This document shows positions 13,941 through 27,912 of a stretch of 64,000 nt of DNA, one piece after another (within the stretch, counting starts at the first letter, position 1; each line of letters starts with the position of its first letter). The translations under genes were made by a program, and so were the position numbers. The stretch is from Aplysia californica (taxonomy: Eukaryota). The stretch spans positions 17,680 through 81,679 of the forward strand of contig NW_004797760.1 in NCBI RefSeq assembly GCF_000002075.1, written 5' to 3'. The notes below the pieces were generated by a model. It saw nothing but the letters and a program-made list of their open reading frames with translations. It was not told where the DNA came from and made no database searches.

Positions 13941-14043
13941 TAAATAAATTCAATGCCAACAGTCAACCAAGAATACGTCTACACAAAGCAAAGCAGGAAA
14001 AGTGATAAATGAACACAACAAATTGAGTAGGAAAATTGAGATC

Positions 14044-14049
14044 TTTATT
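14044..14049 (-). terminator. Candidate polyadenylation signal of PRELID3-like gene
   Basis: TTTATT on + (AATAAA on -), about 3.1 kb past the stop codon and near the end of the A-rich (+) block. Inference only. Confidence 0.35.
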
Positions 14050-14668
14050 TGTTACCAGCAAATACTTGCCCTATGGTACATTATTATTTCATGACCAGAC
14101 TTTCAGCATATCTTTACTACGTTTAATCAGCATGGATCCAAACATTATTTAACACAAAAACGAGTGGTCGAATAGGTTTGCTTCTGCTGGGTGCAGCGTG
14201 TTTCATGTTTCAACGGATATCTATTTGTGTCACGACAGTGAAACAATACCCAATGTGTTGAAACAGTGTGCCATATGACTGGAAGAGTTTTATTATTGCT
14301 CCCCTCCTCCAAAAGATGTACTGTACTAGAAATACAAACATAGTAGATAATACATAAGTGACTGAGTTGCATTGAGCAGGGTACTGTGAACTAGTAATGC
14401 TGTCAAAGTTCTTGCTGCCCTTTTTGACAGAGAAACTTGATACCAAAAAAAAAAATTAATAAAAAGGTTAATGATGACATCACAAACCATGGCAGGATTT
14501 CTGATTTTGTTCCTTACAAAGAAGAAAGTAAAATGAATTCAGGCAACTGGGGTAGCTGAATTTGCTCACATGTTTAAAGCCAATTTTGTGCACAAAATAG
14601 AACAAGTTGTGTAAGGGAAAAAAAAAGAGCAGGATCTTTTTTCTCCCTTTTTATCTTTTCACAAACAT

Positions 14669-14769
14669 GAAACTATACCAGCAAAGAAATGAAGCAAGTC
14701 CAGAGAAACTATACCAGCAAAGAAATGAAGCAAGTCCAGAGAAACTATACCAGCAAAGAAAGGAAGCAA
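14669..14769. repeat. 36-bp tandem repeat x~2.8
   Basis: AACTATACCAGCAAAGAAATGAAGCAAGTCCAGAGA at 14671 and 14707, with a partial third copy at 14743. Confidence 0.9.
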
Positions 14770-17168
14770 TCTTCTGGACTTTCTTGTTCAAATAAACACA
14801 AATTCTAGTACTAGAGCCTGCTTGGCTAGTTTACTTTTGTAACTGTATCCCTCTTCAAAGTGCATGAAGAGGGAGGATTATCCCCCTATATCTAACTCAT
14901 ACACTTCAACTCTGAAATTTCCCTCCTGCTCAACACATCTATTAAGTGTCTCAGCACAGTTTGAAAGGCACAAGTGCAACAAGTGATAATACACCGATGG
15001 CAACAAAGAGGAAACAGTGGAGCTCTCATCCTTGGCCCTAGCTCGATAGACATGTCCACACACACACATACAAAAACTTCAGCTCAATTCAAGATATGTA
15101 ATTACTCTGACCTCTTGACACAACAGCAAACACAAGATGCATTGATTAGCCGAGTCGCTTGCGTTTCACAAGCGAAACAACCAGTGCATAGGAAGGATGT
15201 AGCTTTGAAATGCTCTTTAAAAAAAAAAATCTGTAGCAGAAGCAAGAGAAAAGCACCCCAAGTCAAAGGCTCCGGGGCTTCTTGGTCTTTAAAAAAGAAA
15301 AAAAAAATCACATCAAGATGTAAATACGTCTAAATTTCTTCAACCTAAAACAATTATGCATACATAGAACAGAATAGTACACTTTTAACTAAATATTGGT
15401 ACTGATAGTAAAACAATAGAATAACATTAAACTACTTGACAATAATTTTCTTTTTCTTCTATGTCATAAGCACATCTGAATGGCACTATAAAGCATTGAA
15501 ATTAAGACAGAAAAACAAAACAAAACAAGTATGCTCTACCCTTAAGACTAGTCTAACAAATAACACATACATTTTGGAAACTTCACCACAATATGGGGTG
15601 TCAGTAAACTGTCAATTTCTTAAGAAACATCATGGTGGAACTTTTAAAAAAATGGGGGATAAATGAGAAGCTTATTCTACAGCACTGCACAAATTGCTAC
15701 TGTATGGTTTCAAAGGCAGACAGATCTATCAGTCCCAGAAACAATACAATATTACCAATGTGTGCAAAGTCTCCACCAAACAGAACTATGTGTGGCTGAG
15801 CCTAAAAATATAAGATAAGTAGCCAAAAAGCAAAACACAATTTACCACCAGTTCAATTTTTCTAGTCCGACAGTAATATTCTACAAACTCAGAAAAGAAA
15901 AAAGTACTGCCCAAACAGCAAAATATTTGCGGATACAAAACTCGAGAGCCTGCACATTTTCTGGGCAATAGTGCTTCAAAACATATCAAAACAAACATAA
16001 AATATATCGAAACCCTATAGGGTTTTGTAAATATTATGTCAAAGAGTCACAATCTTCGAAACGAGACTGTGGAATATTGAACGACCTTGTGCAATTCTGA
16101 CAGATCTCCTCTTTCTTCTTCCATATTGCATTACTTAGCTTTTGGAAATGACAGCGGGACGCTTCAATCAGAATAGTTATTAAACCATAATGATAGTCCA
16201 ACTTTGACATGGGGGAGAGGTATGGACAGAAGTTTGGTTTTTAAGAATTAATTAAAATTCTGTGTACTTCCAAATTTAAAGAAAACAATTTTTGTTATCT
16301 TCACTTGTATCCTAAAAAAAAAAAGGAAAAAAAAGAACCACCCCTCCCCCATTTGTTTTTCAGTGACACAAACAGAAGTTTGTTTCATGTCTCAGGGCAA
16401 ACAAACAAAGACAAAGACTGATAATGAATATATCACATTGTAGCTTTAGCTGGACTGGAGGAAACAACATAACGGCTATCACAGAAAAATACCTCATGAA
16501 ATTTCACTCCAATAATTTTTTTAATGTGCATTTTCAAAACTGTTGCTGAACCAGTTTCTGCACACACAAAATTTGAAGAGAGTCAACTATATGCACAAGC
16601 TCCTTTTCAAAATCTGTTTTTCTTCATAATGACTTGCTAAAAATGTGTGTTCTTGCTCTAGAAATCTACCTTTTCATTACTGAAATACATAAAGCTGTGC
16701 ATGTTGGAACGTAAGAAGATCAAATATATTTTAGCAAATGAACTTTGGTTTTTAAGCATTTCACAAAAATAACTTATTTCAAATTTTACACACCATTTAT
16801 TTACATATTTGCTTTCTCACAAATCATTAAAAAAAAGGAAAAAGAATCCCATTCATTCAGTTATCGAAATCCAGTATGTCTGAAACTGTTGGAGGGATGT
16901 TCGTTTAATCTGGCGTAACTTAGCTTAACAACCAAGCTTCCGCAAAGTCATAGCCAATCAAAAAGTCTTGTCATGGAGTACATGCATGCCATGGTCCAGT
17001 CCATGTCAGCAGAGAAAACAACAACAGACATCTCACGACAATGAACATTCGGAACAGTTACCCTAACTTCTTGTCTCTACACTCACCCGAGGATGATTGG
17101 ATTGTTCTTGTTGTTGTTGTTGCGTAACAGCACAATGATTCTCTATGTATTCTAAATTATAACTAGTA

Positions 17169-20100
17169 TCATAAAGACTTGGGCAGCACATTGTCCATGC
17201 ATTTCTGAGCTTCCGCTGTTAACTCTTTGGCCTCCTTCTTCACTGTGTCGATTACCCATTCCATTGCTTGTCGTCCCTGGAGAAAGGCAGAATTGATGCA
17301 TCAAGTGAAAGCCTGTACAAAGTTCTCAACTGATTAAGAAATGAAACAATGAAGACTAAAATAACAAAGCACATGCGCATCAAAGTATCAAACGTGGTTG
17401 GTTAGCGAGTGCTCTGGTGTGGTTTGCTCCTTCTTTCCTATCAAACATCTATCATCTTTTTCTCCCCTCCTTCTTTTTCGTATTTGTTACTCTCTTGTAA
17501 CACCTCTTATCTTCGGCACTTATATGACCTTATTGTGTTGCAAGTGCCATAAAACTCTTACCACCAAAAAAAGTACCAAACATAAAGATTTCTTTACCCC
17601 TTCTTGACAACCTCTATAAAAATCTATTTGCCAAATAAAGCAGGGGACTGCTCATGAATGAGGAAGAAACGCTTCTGAAGCTGTGCCCTTCTAAAATGAG
17701 ATAGCAGGAAGAATAACATAATTTCAAAATTGTATTATTTAATGAGTTTCATCAGATGGGCACCAAAAATGATCTGATAGAGCCGTCACATGAGAAACAC
17801 AAACTTGACAAATTAGAACTTTCCGCACTACCAATATCTATATCATATATGGCAGCACTGTTTTGACCTAGACGACACAGAAGAGTTAAAATGCAAGTGA
17901 TGGCCTAAGAATAAAAAATGTAGTTGTGGAAGAACAAAAGGACCTGGGGGGCTCTCATGGCCCAGAGGTTAAGGTGTTCACCTCTCATTCAAAGGTCCCG
18001 GGTTCGAATCCCGGTAGCGACCGAAAAATGTTCTTTAAAATTGTCTCCTTTCACCTTCTTTCTTTCTCTCTTGCAATATTCTGTCTGCTTACGTCTCCAT
18101 TTTCGCCCCCCACCCCCTTTGCCCCCTCCACTGGGCTCCTGACTCTTTCAGCAGCCTTTCTACTGCTACTCCTTGGCTCCTACTTACTGCCGTCTTTCAG
18201 CCACACCCCTGATCTTTGGGTAGGAAAGAGTACACCTAGCCTTCTCGGACAAGAGTGAAAAATCTTGGAGGTCCCATGTGCAAGTTGCACATGTTAAAGA
18301 TCCCCTGGTGGCCCAAAATCGATTTATAAGGCTTCGGTCGCCACCCGAGCAAAATTCAAAATTTCCTACCAATTGAAACTGTTTGGTGTGTCCTGCACGC
18401 TCATTTGACCGTATGCAGTTGTGAGCGCCATACAACACTTACCAAAGAAAAAAAAAAGGACCAGCAAATTTGCGTAAAAAAGTCATGAGATCTGCAATCA
18501 TGCTGAATGTGATCAATGTGACCAAAAACACCTGACAAAAACAACAAGATATATTCATGAAAAATACTATGAAAGATGACCCAAAATCAAATTATCTTTG
18601 CTGGAAATAGAGCTTTATTCTTTATTCATTTGATTCTGTGTTAAAACCTATTTGTTTGTTCTTTGTTTCATAAAACATCTTGCAAATCTCAGTGTCACCT
18701 ATCACACGCACAAGTTCATACTTTGTTCAATTTTCAAATGTTCGAGAACAATATTTCTTCTAATATTAATTGCTTAAAAGATTGTGACGACTAACACTAA
18801 CCTGTACTGTTTAACAAATCCATACCAATGCTGGAGAAAAAGTCTAGCCAATACAGAGAAAATATAGTAATTCAGTCGGGGTGTGGCACATTGTACGAGC
18901 GATCTGTGTATTCTATTGTCTGTGCCCAGTCGTAATCGTTGTGAAAGGACAATTCTAAACTCCAAATCTTTTACAGAAATCAGCAGACACATTATGGACT
19001 TCACAGCACACCATATGGCTTGTAGGGACAAAATGGTTTTATCTGTACACAACAGAAATAGCATTATTTGAAAAGATGTGATACTCACTTTGCCTGCATT
19101 ATTTTTCATAGAATCTGTGACCATTTGTTCCAGTTTACTACAAAGAGGTAGACCAGATACAGTAACTGTGGCTTCCTGTCTCAGGAGTGTTCTGTGGAGG
19201 GTAGAAAATATTTTCTGTTAAGAAAAATCACTTTAAAATAAAAGAAGAGAAATCATACCAACTAAAACAGCTCAAGGAAACGCTCAATAAAATATGGTTC
19301 AGGTAAGTCAGCCTGGTCAGCCTGTTAATGGATATCCGGATATATATTCCGTTCAGAAACAAGAAGATGAAGAACACGACAAAGCTGCCATCCCAACAAC
19401 TTCCAGCCCCTCTTTCACACTTTGCCTCCAAGGGACCCTGACTGGCAACAGATTGAAGCCGCCACCTTTCCCCACGAGACGCCGATCGGCGACAGTGAGA
19501 TATATAGTAACAAACACATTGCCGTAAAATCTTCTTTTAGACATGCATACTTGTTAAAGTTATAAGTCTTAAGATAATGAAAAGGTTTCATACCTACAGT
19601 AGAACATACACTCAATGCTTAAAGATAAGATTATGAAAAAAAAAATCTGACTAAAAAGCTTGGGATTCTTTAAGAGCTAAAAAAAATCTCTACTCCATGA
19701 AAGCAACCCAGTCTATGTTCCAACTTGACATTCTCTTCAGCCTTAAAATCAAATATATTACAGTACAGAAGCACAGTGTGCTCCTCACATAAAAACGAGA
19801 CGCATACATACTTTTCAGGATCAGTAGGATGCTGAGTGTAAACCAGCTGCTCATCTACTTGAAGGACATTTGCTAACGTAACCTGACGAGACAAAGAGTG
19901 AACCATATTGAGTTCCTTTTTTTTTTTACATTCAGCACACATCATAACAACTTCAACAGGCACCATGAATCAATATGACTATAAACAATAGCACTTTCAT
20001 TAATATTCTTAGACATTTTTGCTCTTTCAAGGCAAATCAACATTTTATTTTTTCAGCCAGGGAAAAAAAACAACTAGCCACTTTTCATTCGAAACTAACA

Positions 20101-23100
20101 ACATTAAACAAAAAACAAAAAAACAAACAAAAAACCCCAACAAAACGGACAACAACAAAAATGTTTTCATACAAACAAGTCAATCTGGAGTTTCAAAGTA
20201 CAGCACAATAAAAGAATCATCACAATATCACACTGGTATGTACAAAGTCATAGAAACCAACTTAAAGATAAAAACTGGAACTTTTTGGCAATGCAAGAAC
20301 AAACAAACAAAAAAACCAAACAAACAACAAAAAAACCCCAACAAAAATACAAAACCTGAAAGTGAAAGATTTGCCTTATTACTTATAACCTGGTAAGGAA
20401 TAAAAAGTTTGGTGACAATAGCTTTCTTCTCAAGGTGAAAACAGTTTTTGAAGTAAAGGAAAATAGGCTCGTGATTTATAATGAGCTGTTTGTACCACAG
20501 TGACACTCCATGAAACTCCTTTAACAGGACAAAAATTTCAAAAATATATTTGTGCAAGGACAGCATGACCTGCAGTCAGTAAGCTAAACTTGCAGCAACA
20601 GCACTTTTTCATTTAAAACAGACACATAGAGTAGCAGCTGTGCATCAGTATGAGTAATGCAATACAATAAAACACCAAAAGTGCCAAACAGAAAAACGCA
20701 TGCAAGAACACACAAAATATTTCGATCAAATCTTTGTAAGGGTAAACTTGTATCCACCCAAAGAAAGCTTAAAATTTTTTTTAAGCCGTTAAATGGCTGG
20801 ATACATATAACATTAAAAGTAACTTAAATGGTGACGTTAATACTCACATTTCTTGCTTTGACGGAGAAGGATTTTGATTCTGGATCAACTATGGAATGTT
20901 CACTTGCATAACAAACTTCCTGAATGCCTATCAACTGCAGAAACAAAAAAGTGAATGACATGACATTAGTAAAGTTGTTTTTTTAAACTACATAATACAT
21001 TGTTAGTATTGTAACCCTTGTTGGTTAAAAGTCTTTTAAAAAAGATACACTTTCGTTTATTACTGGGAATTCACAACATTCAGCCCATAGAAAAAGACAT
21101 GAAAAATAAACTGAGCATAGGATATTGCTGGAAACCAATACCAATAAAACAACATCTTTTAATTTCTAACCAATGTTTCTGATTAAAACCTTTCCAAAAT
21201 GACATAAAACATTTTTTAAAAATTTTCCTCGACTTGAAAAAGTCAGTTTTATAATGCTTTTATTGTTTTGACAACAAAAAAACCTTGATTTTGGCTGATC
21301 AGTAGGCACTCAATACAACTGCTGTCCTATTAATAACTATTATAGCTCCCAGCTTTCCCCTACCAGCTATACCTTTCATGCCCCAAAAAACCATGTAACT
21401 TCTATTTTCATGACAAAATTGGAATACAAAAATTACCAAAACTCAATTCAATATTTAAAGTCAGCATGACAAATATACTTCTACAAACTCCAATTCAAGA
21501 CTTAAAAAAAAAAACAACCCCAAAAAACACACGAGAACAAAAATGAGTCTGAGAGACTCCCAAGTGGCCAATCTTAGGAAAGAGACACTCTGGATATTAT
21601 TGTAGAAAGAAATGAACACAAAAGTGCAACTTTTTTCAAACAGAATCAATCCATTCTTCCTTCTTCTACTCTGATTTCCTCTAAAATGTGAAGAAGACAA
21701 ATCAGTTACCTTGGCAACCCATCCTGGAATTCCCCAATTCGTTGTCATAAGTCTGTGGGACTTTAACCTGCCTTCACTGTCTACTGTCCGGTCTACTACA
21801 TCTAATCCTGTGACTGAAGGGTTGTGTGGGTTTGGGTATTTCCTCCATGCTGCCGTCACCACAGTTTCCCAACTGTGGCTGAATTTCAGAGGGGGGAAAA
21901 AATTAAAACAATAAGACTCAATAAAATACAAAAAGTTAAAACAACACAGCAAAAGAGTAAGGATTGCGATAAAACTAAAACAAGAGACAAATTTAGAGAA
22001 AGAGAAAGGAAAAAGAAAGGCACAAACACACCTAACGTCTCATTTAAATCATATAATAATAGGTTGAGATAATCATAAAGAATGCAAATACGTACAAGAT
22101 GTCTTTAGTCAACATTTTCTTTACTGAAAGTATAAAAAGGGCAAAAACAGGATAAATTGAAATTTCAAGAAGGCAGCAGATGAGTAGAAAGAGAAGTGCT
22201 AAAGCACCTCTGGACCAGTCTTTTGTAAAATTACAAAATAAGGCTTGCAACTACTTTGTCTCGCCTTTTCTCATGAGCATGTTTGTTATGCATTTTTGTG
22301 AGAAGTAATCATATCTTGGCCCAAGTAGCATACTTATCCTAAAAACAGCCAAAATGACGTGTCAACGGGATTACTATACAACACATTATTTTAAAAACTC
22401 ACCGAATAATTTGTAATGCTTAAAAAGAAAAAAGAAAACAGACAAAAGAACAAGAAAAGAGCCGTGCATGATACCTGAGCAAGAAATCAAAATTGGAGCG
22501 GTAGTGAAATAATACCTCAACTTTTTAACAGAGGCCAACAGCCTACGACTATTAAATTAACATATATTACAACTGTATCAGACAACTGTACAGTACTGTA
22601 AATCTCACAGGAATGTGGCATGTTTGTTTTCCTTGATTATAATGCAAATCAGAATAAAAATTTATTTCAGTGAAAGAAGTATATATATGATAATGTACAT
22701 GGATACAAGGGTAAAGAAGGGCCGGGGCAGAAAAATCACCATACAAACCAATCACTTCGAAGTGTCATTCACCAATTGGAAGGAGTTCCGCAGAGGGCGG
22801 CTGATGAACAACATACAAAACTAGCATCTGCGTTTGCTGCCATTTTTTGGTTAAAAGTTGCCCCAGAAATGGCAAAAGTTTATATTAATTTTCAAACTTT
22901 CAACTCTCTGTGACGACGTATATAAACGTAGATAGAGGTAACTTAATAAACCATCAATAATTTATTTATAGAGGCACCAGCCATCCATGTCCAAGTGCTG
23001 TTTTAGCCTCTTTTTCCTGTATTCGGATTAATATTATCTTAAAGGCCGGCACTATTTCGCCGAACGTTCGGGAAAATAAAGCTGGGCACTATTTCTCCGA

Positions 23101-26100
23101 ACACTCTGAAATCACATCCTTTTCCGCAAATTTCGGATATATATAATTATATTACAGGCTTATATTAAAGATTGTTCGTATACAATAAGGTTCAATTAGT
23201 CCAAAAAATGTCAGCAGTAAATATTTATATAAAGAAATGCTACAGTTCCAAACAGTTTTTCACTGCAGATATGGCGTGTTGCCTATGAAGGGTGCTTCTC
23301 TTAAACATAATATGTTGTGTTCACTCGTGTGCTGTCTAGATCTAGATCTATGGAGGGTTATTGATAACGACACATAGAACTAGCATCTCTGCGTTTGTCG
23401 CGGCCGCGACCAATCAATCTTGGCTCGATTTTTTGGCATTTTTTGGTCCCCGAATCGGGGAATAAAAGTTTTAAAAAAGAAAAAACCGAACCTCTTTTAC
23501 TTTTGAAAGAAACTTCACTTATCTTCACTTCGTCTCTTTCTCACTTGTTGTCGCCACCTTGATTTGTTGAATACGTTACAGGTATATACGATTTGTATTG
23601 TTGTTCCTCTTTTATTTTTCCCTCTTTGTGGTGTTTTATTTTGTTGGTGTGTAATTTTTTTTCTTGTTATTGTTCTGATGTGTTGTTTTTCTATTAATTT
23701 TTTTTGTTGGGGAAAAGGGGGGGGGGGGGGGGGGTATGTTGTATAGCGTAACGTCATTTAATTTGATGTTCCTACCTTCATTAGATTCTCAATATATATA
23801 TAGATTTAAATAAGTTATGTTAGAGCGTTCCACCAAAACCGATTACACGTACTGACATTGGTAGGCCCCTTGTGTGTGATTCCATAATTTACATGTAATA
23901 TACTGTACTTTTTTTTTTTTTTTAAATTACGCACATTTAGGGTTAAAACAGCCAATCTTCTTCGGACAGGTGGACACAAGCCCTTATTTGTTAATTTTTG
24001 TGGTTGTTTATGGGCTGTTCTAATTTTGATTTCATTCTGTTGTGAAACCTTTCTTTTTCACGTTTTTGAAAATTGAAATAAAGAATAGATCTAGACCCAA
24101 AAATTTGCTCCTTCCCAGACCTCGCAGAATAGCAGAATGAAAGTTGGCGCCGAACTCTCGCAAATAGGCAAAAAATCACGAGACCGGAAGCCAGAAACCG
24201 TTCGGAGAAATAGTCACTTCGTATTATCTTTTTGCCAATTTATTGGTTCCGCTTCTATGTACCCCATATCTACGGTTCCCAACCTGGAAATCGCCTATAA
24301 TTCGCTGTAATTGCCTCCCCCCTCCCCCCCTCATCACCCCCTCATCCCAGGTAACATAATCTAAAGCACCAAAATTACTTGTGTTCTGTTTTAAGCATCC
24401 AGATTATTATTTTGTATCCAGAGTGTAAAAACATAAAAAATAAAGGTTTCCCAACAGAATGAAATCAAAATTAGAACAACAGCACATAGACAATCACAAA
24501 AATAAATAAAGGCGTGTGTCCACCTATTCGAAGATTGGCCGGTTTAACCATAAACGTGTTTAATTCAAGAAAGGGTACAGGATGTAAATTATGGAATCAC
24601 ACACAAGAGGTCTGTCAGTGTCAGTACAGTATTCAGTTTTGGTGGAGACACACTAACATAGCAGAATTTATATATTTTTTAAATGTAGGAACAACATCAA
24701 ATTAAAAGGCATTTACGCTTTATAAACACAATTAAGTAGAAATACGATGAACGATCGTTTTTCCTCCGTTTTGGAGTTGGAGGAATCACAATTTGAAGAA
24801 GGCCACCTCTATTCTCACCCCGGGTGAGAATAGTGCAGGTGAGTCTTTTGGCTATTCTCACGGTATTTTTTTTACTTTCCCTCCCGTCTCTCACTCAGCT
24901 ACCAGTTGTCTATTGTCTACTAAATATTGATGCGCTGAACACGAATATCAACTTCATTTCCGTCGCAAATTAATAGTTTTTAAAATATTTGAATGTTTTT
25001 AACCGAGATAGACATGCTTTGGACCAATCGGGGGGTTCCAGGGGGGCCTGCCCCACTGGGGTAAAAGAAAATCGGGGGGGGGTTACAGAGGGGGGCATGC
25101 CCCCCTGTTTTTACCCATAATTTGATATTTTACAGTTAGATTTGAAATTGTCTTGAAAATAATTGATTTGCGACAGTTTTAGTGGCTTAATGTGTGATCT
25201 GCAGCAAACAGTACAGCAGTTTGACCCCTGAAACAGTGCATCTGTGTGCGGGAGTGAAAGTAAAAATTTACCGAATTCTACACTGTGATGACAGAAAAAT
25301 TGTAGAATTCTGTGCCGTGAACAAACGTTCCATTACTACTGTTAGCCTACCAAAAGCGTACAATTTTGTCTGTGGGCAGTGGAGAGAGAGAGAGAAAGAA
25401 AGAGAAAGAGGAGTAGCGTGAGAACTTCCGGGCAAAACAAAATAGCGACCCGCGTAGTTCGGCTCGATTCGAAAGTTAAATAGCCGTAGCATCTTTGTAT
25501 ACCAAAAGCGTACAATTTTGTCTGTGGGCAGTGGAGAGAGAGAGAGAAAGAAAGAGAAGTAGCGTGAGAACTTCCGGGCAAAACAAAATAGCGACCCGCG
25601 TAGTTCGGCTCGATTCGAAAGTTAAATAGCCGTAGCATCTTTGTAGACAACCAAATTAATTTACTTTTGTGTTTTAACATCATTTTTTAACTTTGTTTTG
25701 GTCAATTTGATCGTCCACACCGATAGACAGTATTCAGAAAGAGATAGAGAGAGAGAAGAGGGGAGGAGTAGATCTGGCGAGAACTTCCGGGCAAAACAAA
25801 ATGGTGATCCCCGTAGTTCGGCTCGATTCGAAAAGTGAAATAGCCATAGCATCTTTGTAGTCAATAAAATAAGCTTACTTTTGTGCTATAACGTAATCTT
25901 TTCTTTGCCTTTATCCATTTGATCATCCACATCAATAGAAAGTATTCCGAAATTAGGAAAAACAGGTCTTGTTTCACACCGGGTGAGAATAGCCTACGGT
26001 GGCAAGTCTCACCCCGGGTGAGAATAGCCACTTCCTTTGAAAGAAAAGAGCAATGCATAATTAATTTCAATCGAGCAGTGACCCTCACTTTTCTCTGCCT

Positions 26101-26660
26101 CTCTCTCTCTCCTCTGATTGCTCGCCTTCTCTTTTTCTTTGTTGTCTGTCTTTCTCTCTCCCAATCTTTTTCTCGTTCCCTCCTGCCAACTGGGGCATGT
26201 CATAAACATTTTGCTAGCACTCATCTCTCTCTCTCTCTCACACACACAAACACACTACTCTGGGCGCTGAAACTTTCCGAAATCACAAAAAGAGTTCCCC
26301 TACCAGGTCTGTATACTTCGTGATTTTGTTCCTGGTTACCAGGTCTGTATACACTTCGAATCTAGAATCTATCTAGATCTAGATTTTCTAGATCTTGATC
26401 TAATCTTCACTCTCTATTATCTAGCCTATAGACTAGATCTAGAATCTAAATCTAGACTTCTAGATCTAGAATCTAGATCTAGACTTGACTGTGACTCTTC
26501 TGGTTCGAGTAGTGTCATGACACACTGGCCTTGTTGTAAGTTGTAGTGTGTTCTTGTTGTGTAGACTACTCTGAACTACAGATCTACTAGACTAGACTAG
26601 TACAGGAGTCGAAATTAAAATTACTCACTTGAACGTGTGTTCGGAGTTCCAAATACGCAT
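17169..26660 (-). CDS. PRELID3: PRELI-domain protein 3 (SLMO/Ups2-like mitochondrial intermembrane lipid-transfer protein), 189 aa, 6 exons
   Basis: Minus-strand exons 26660-26629 (32 nt), 21878-21710 (169), 20934-20848 (87), 19882-19812 (71), 19191-19089 (103) and 17276-17169 (108 incl. TGA), all GT-AG and frame-consistent. Protein: [41 protein letters not shown]...SHRLMTTNWGIP...YASEHSIVDP...VDEQLVYTQHPTDPEKTLLRQEATVTV...NAGKGRQAMEWVI. These are the PRELID3/SLMO signature motifs. Confidence 0.95.
17394..17569 (+). mobile_element. Short retroposon R180 copy (PRELID3 last intron)
   Basis: Family sequence; approximate TSD AAAGTATCAAAC / AAAGTACCAAAC. Confidence 0.8.
17945..18453 (+). mobile_element. 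Full-length tRNA-derived SINE with Deu/Nin-like central domain
   Basis: A box TGGCCCAGAGG (17958) and B box GGTTCGAATCC (18001). Central CTCGGACAAGAGTGAAAAATCTTGGAGGTCCCATGTGC...CATGTTAAAGATCCC resembles the Deu/Nin conserved domain. A-rich tail; TSD AAAAGGACC at 17936-17944 and 18454-18462. A tail fragment also occurs near 13030-13065. Confidence 0.8.
24801..26035 (+). mobile_element. Non-autonomous DNA transposon 'element A' (imperfect TIRs, ~9-bp TSD; Mutator/Merlin-like)
   Basis: Ends GGCCACCTCTATTCTCACCC... and ...GGGTGAGAATAGCCACTTCC. Flanks TTTGAAGAA (24792-24800) and TTTGAAAGAA (26036-26045). Subterminal palindromes CTATTCTCACCC-C-GGGTGAGAATAG; internal ~150-bp tandem duplication at 25349-25645. 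Superfamily is inferred only from TSD length. Confidence 0.7.
26360..26601. repeat. TCTAGA/CTAGA-rich palindromic low-complexity tract
   Basis: Repeated (A)TCTAGA units at 26360-26483 and CTAGA units at 26585-26601; similar tracts at 23335-23350 and 28455-28478. Confidence 0.85.
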
Positions 26661-27631
26661 GATTTTGAGAAATGATGAGAGCGTTTGTAGAATTTGTGAT
26701 CAATCCCACGGAACACGCAATCTACTTCATTGATTTCGTAAAGTTCTTCTGCGTCACGTTACAGGACACGAGAAGGGACTCCGAACCCGTGGAGATAGTT
26801 ACCCGGAAAGGACAGCTTCACAGGTCAAGGAGTGTACAACCTTGGCAGGTATTTCGCAGCGATGTTTTGTAGTGAAGTTCATAGTTGATCAAGTAAGAGA
26901 ACACATAATTGGAAGGTATTTTTTCTTGCTAAATTTAATAATTGAAAGATTTTCCAGCTTTCGGACATATCAGTGAAATAGTGTAAGGGGTTTCTTGCAC
27001 TGATCAATCACTAGCAAGTATGCCCAATTTGGCATTTTAGTGTGGGTGTGTGTGTGAGGGGGGGGGGGGGCTATCCGAAGAATGCTCTGTGCGTCTCTGT
27101 TTATAGATTCTATAGATTTTTAATGAATCTTTTGCTAATCTACAAGTTTGAAAATTTATTGATTTGATTATTTCATTTTCTTTACGTTCCATTTTCAGTC
27201 ACCAAAGAAATAATATAGCACTCTATCCATTTGTCCAGCGTAATAAGAGATATATGAGAATGACGTCATTAGTTGTTGTGTCATTTTCAACGCAATGCAT
27301 GTATATTTTTATGAATTCATTTTTATAGATAGATTATCTTATAAATCAATTAAGTAGATTCTTTTAGATAATTTTCTTTGCAAATGTATTATAAATATAG
27401 TAGAACACTTTTTAAAGACAAAGTAGGGGACCTACTGGACTACCTACTTTCGTTTTTTTAAACAAGAGTTTCATTGGACGATCATACCCATACCCACCAA
27501 TCCGGTGTCACATAACAGAGAGAATCGCGCCCATAGTAACAGCGACAATATGGCGCTGTGAATTGTTTTAGTACGTTTGAGTGCTGTATTTCTTTCCCTG
27601 TGAACCTCGTAGTACACAGTACAGCGTAAGT
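26661..27631. promoter_or_regulatory. Putative divergent promoter region PRELID3/HYDIN with candidate HYDIN non-coding exon 1
   Basis: Locally CpG-enriched. X-box-like GTTACCCGGAAAG 26798-26810; CRE TGACGTCA 27261-27268; CCAAT 27497; RFX half-site CCATAGTAAC 27531-27540; YY1-like AATATGGCGC 27547-27556; strong donor CAGC|GTAAGT at 27625/27626. The HYDIN ATG exon has an acceptor at 28794, so a 5'UTR exon must lie upstream. Confidence 0.55.
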
Positions 27632-27912
27632 TAGTATTTCTTATATGGATCTTTAACTGAGTATGTAAAATTTTGAAATGCACTGAATTGTCTTTGTTGT
27701 TTTATATCTACTGCCCTCAAATTAAGGGTCGAGTTGTTAACACTGTGCTGTGATTGATACACACTTCGTAAACTGCAAGAGCATCAATGTTGTCAAGTCC
27801 AAATGTATAGTGTATGTAGTGTATTTACATTCAACTGTGGAGCACTGCTATGGCAGCTTATAGTTTATGTAGCGATCACTTTTTTTTTTTTTACCTAAGG
27901 CATCTTTAGATG

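Noticed and set aside
17945-18025. tRNA gene on the plus strand
   Set aside because: Head of a TSD-flanked SINE; cloverleaf stems are broken.
23310-23345. TSEH-like peptide as PRELID3 exon 1
   Set aside because: No ATG or donor; the far better [10 protein letters not shown] exon with a GTGAGT donor and correct phase is at 26629-26660.
23039-24214. Inverted match ACTATTTCTCCGAAC (23088) / GTTCGGAGAAATAGT (24200) as a transposon, or the CpG/CCGGAAG patch as the PRELID3 promoter
   Set aside because: No clear termini or TSD; the real PRELID3 first coding exon is at 26629-26660, so this region is intron 1. Left unclassified.
25919-26323. 134-aa ORF repeated at 36473-36877
   Set aside because: Spans the TE end and CT-rich low complexity; its recurrence is due only to the duplication.
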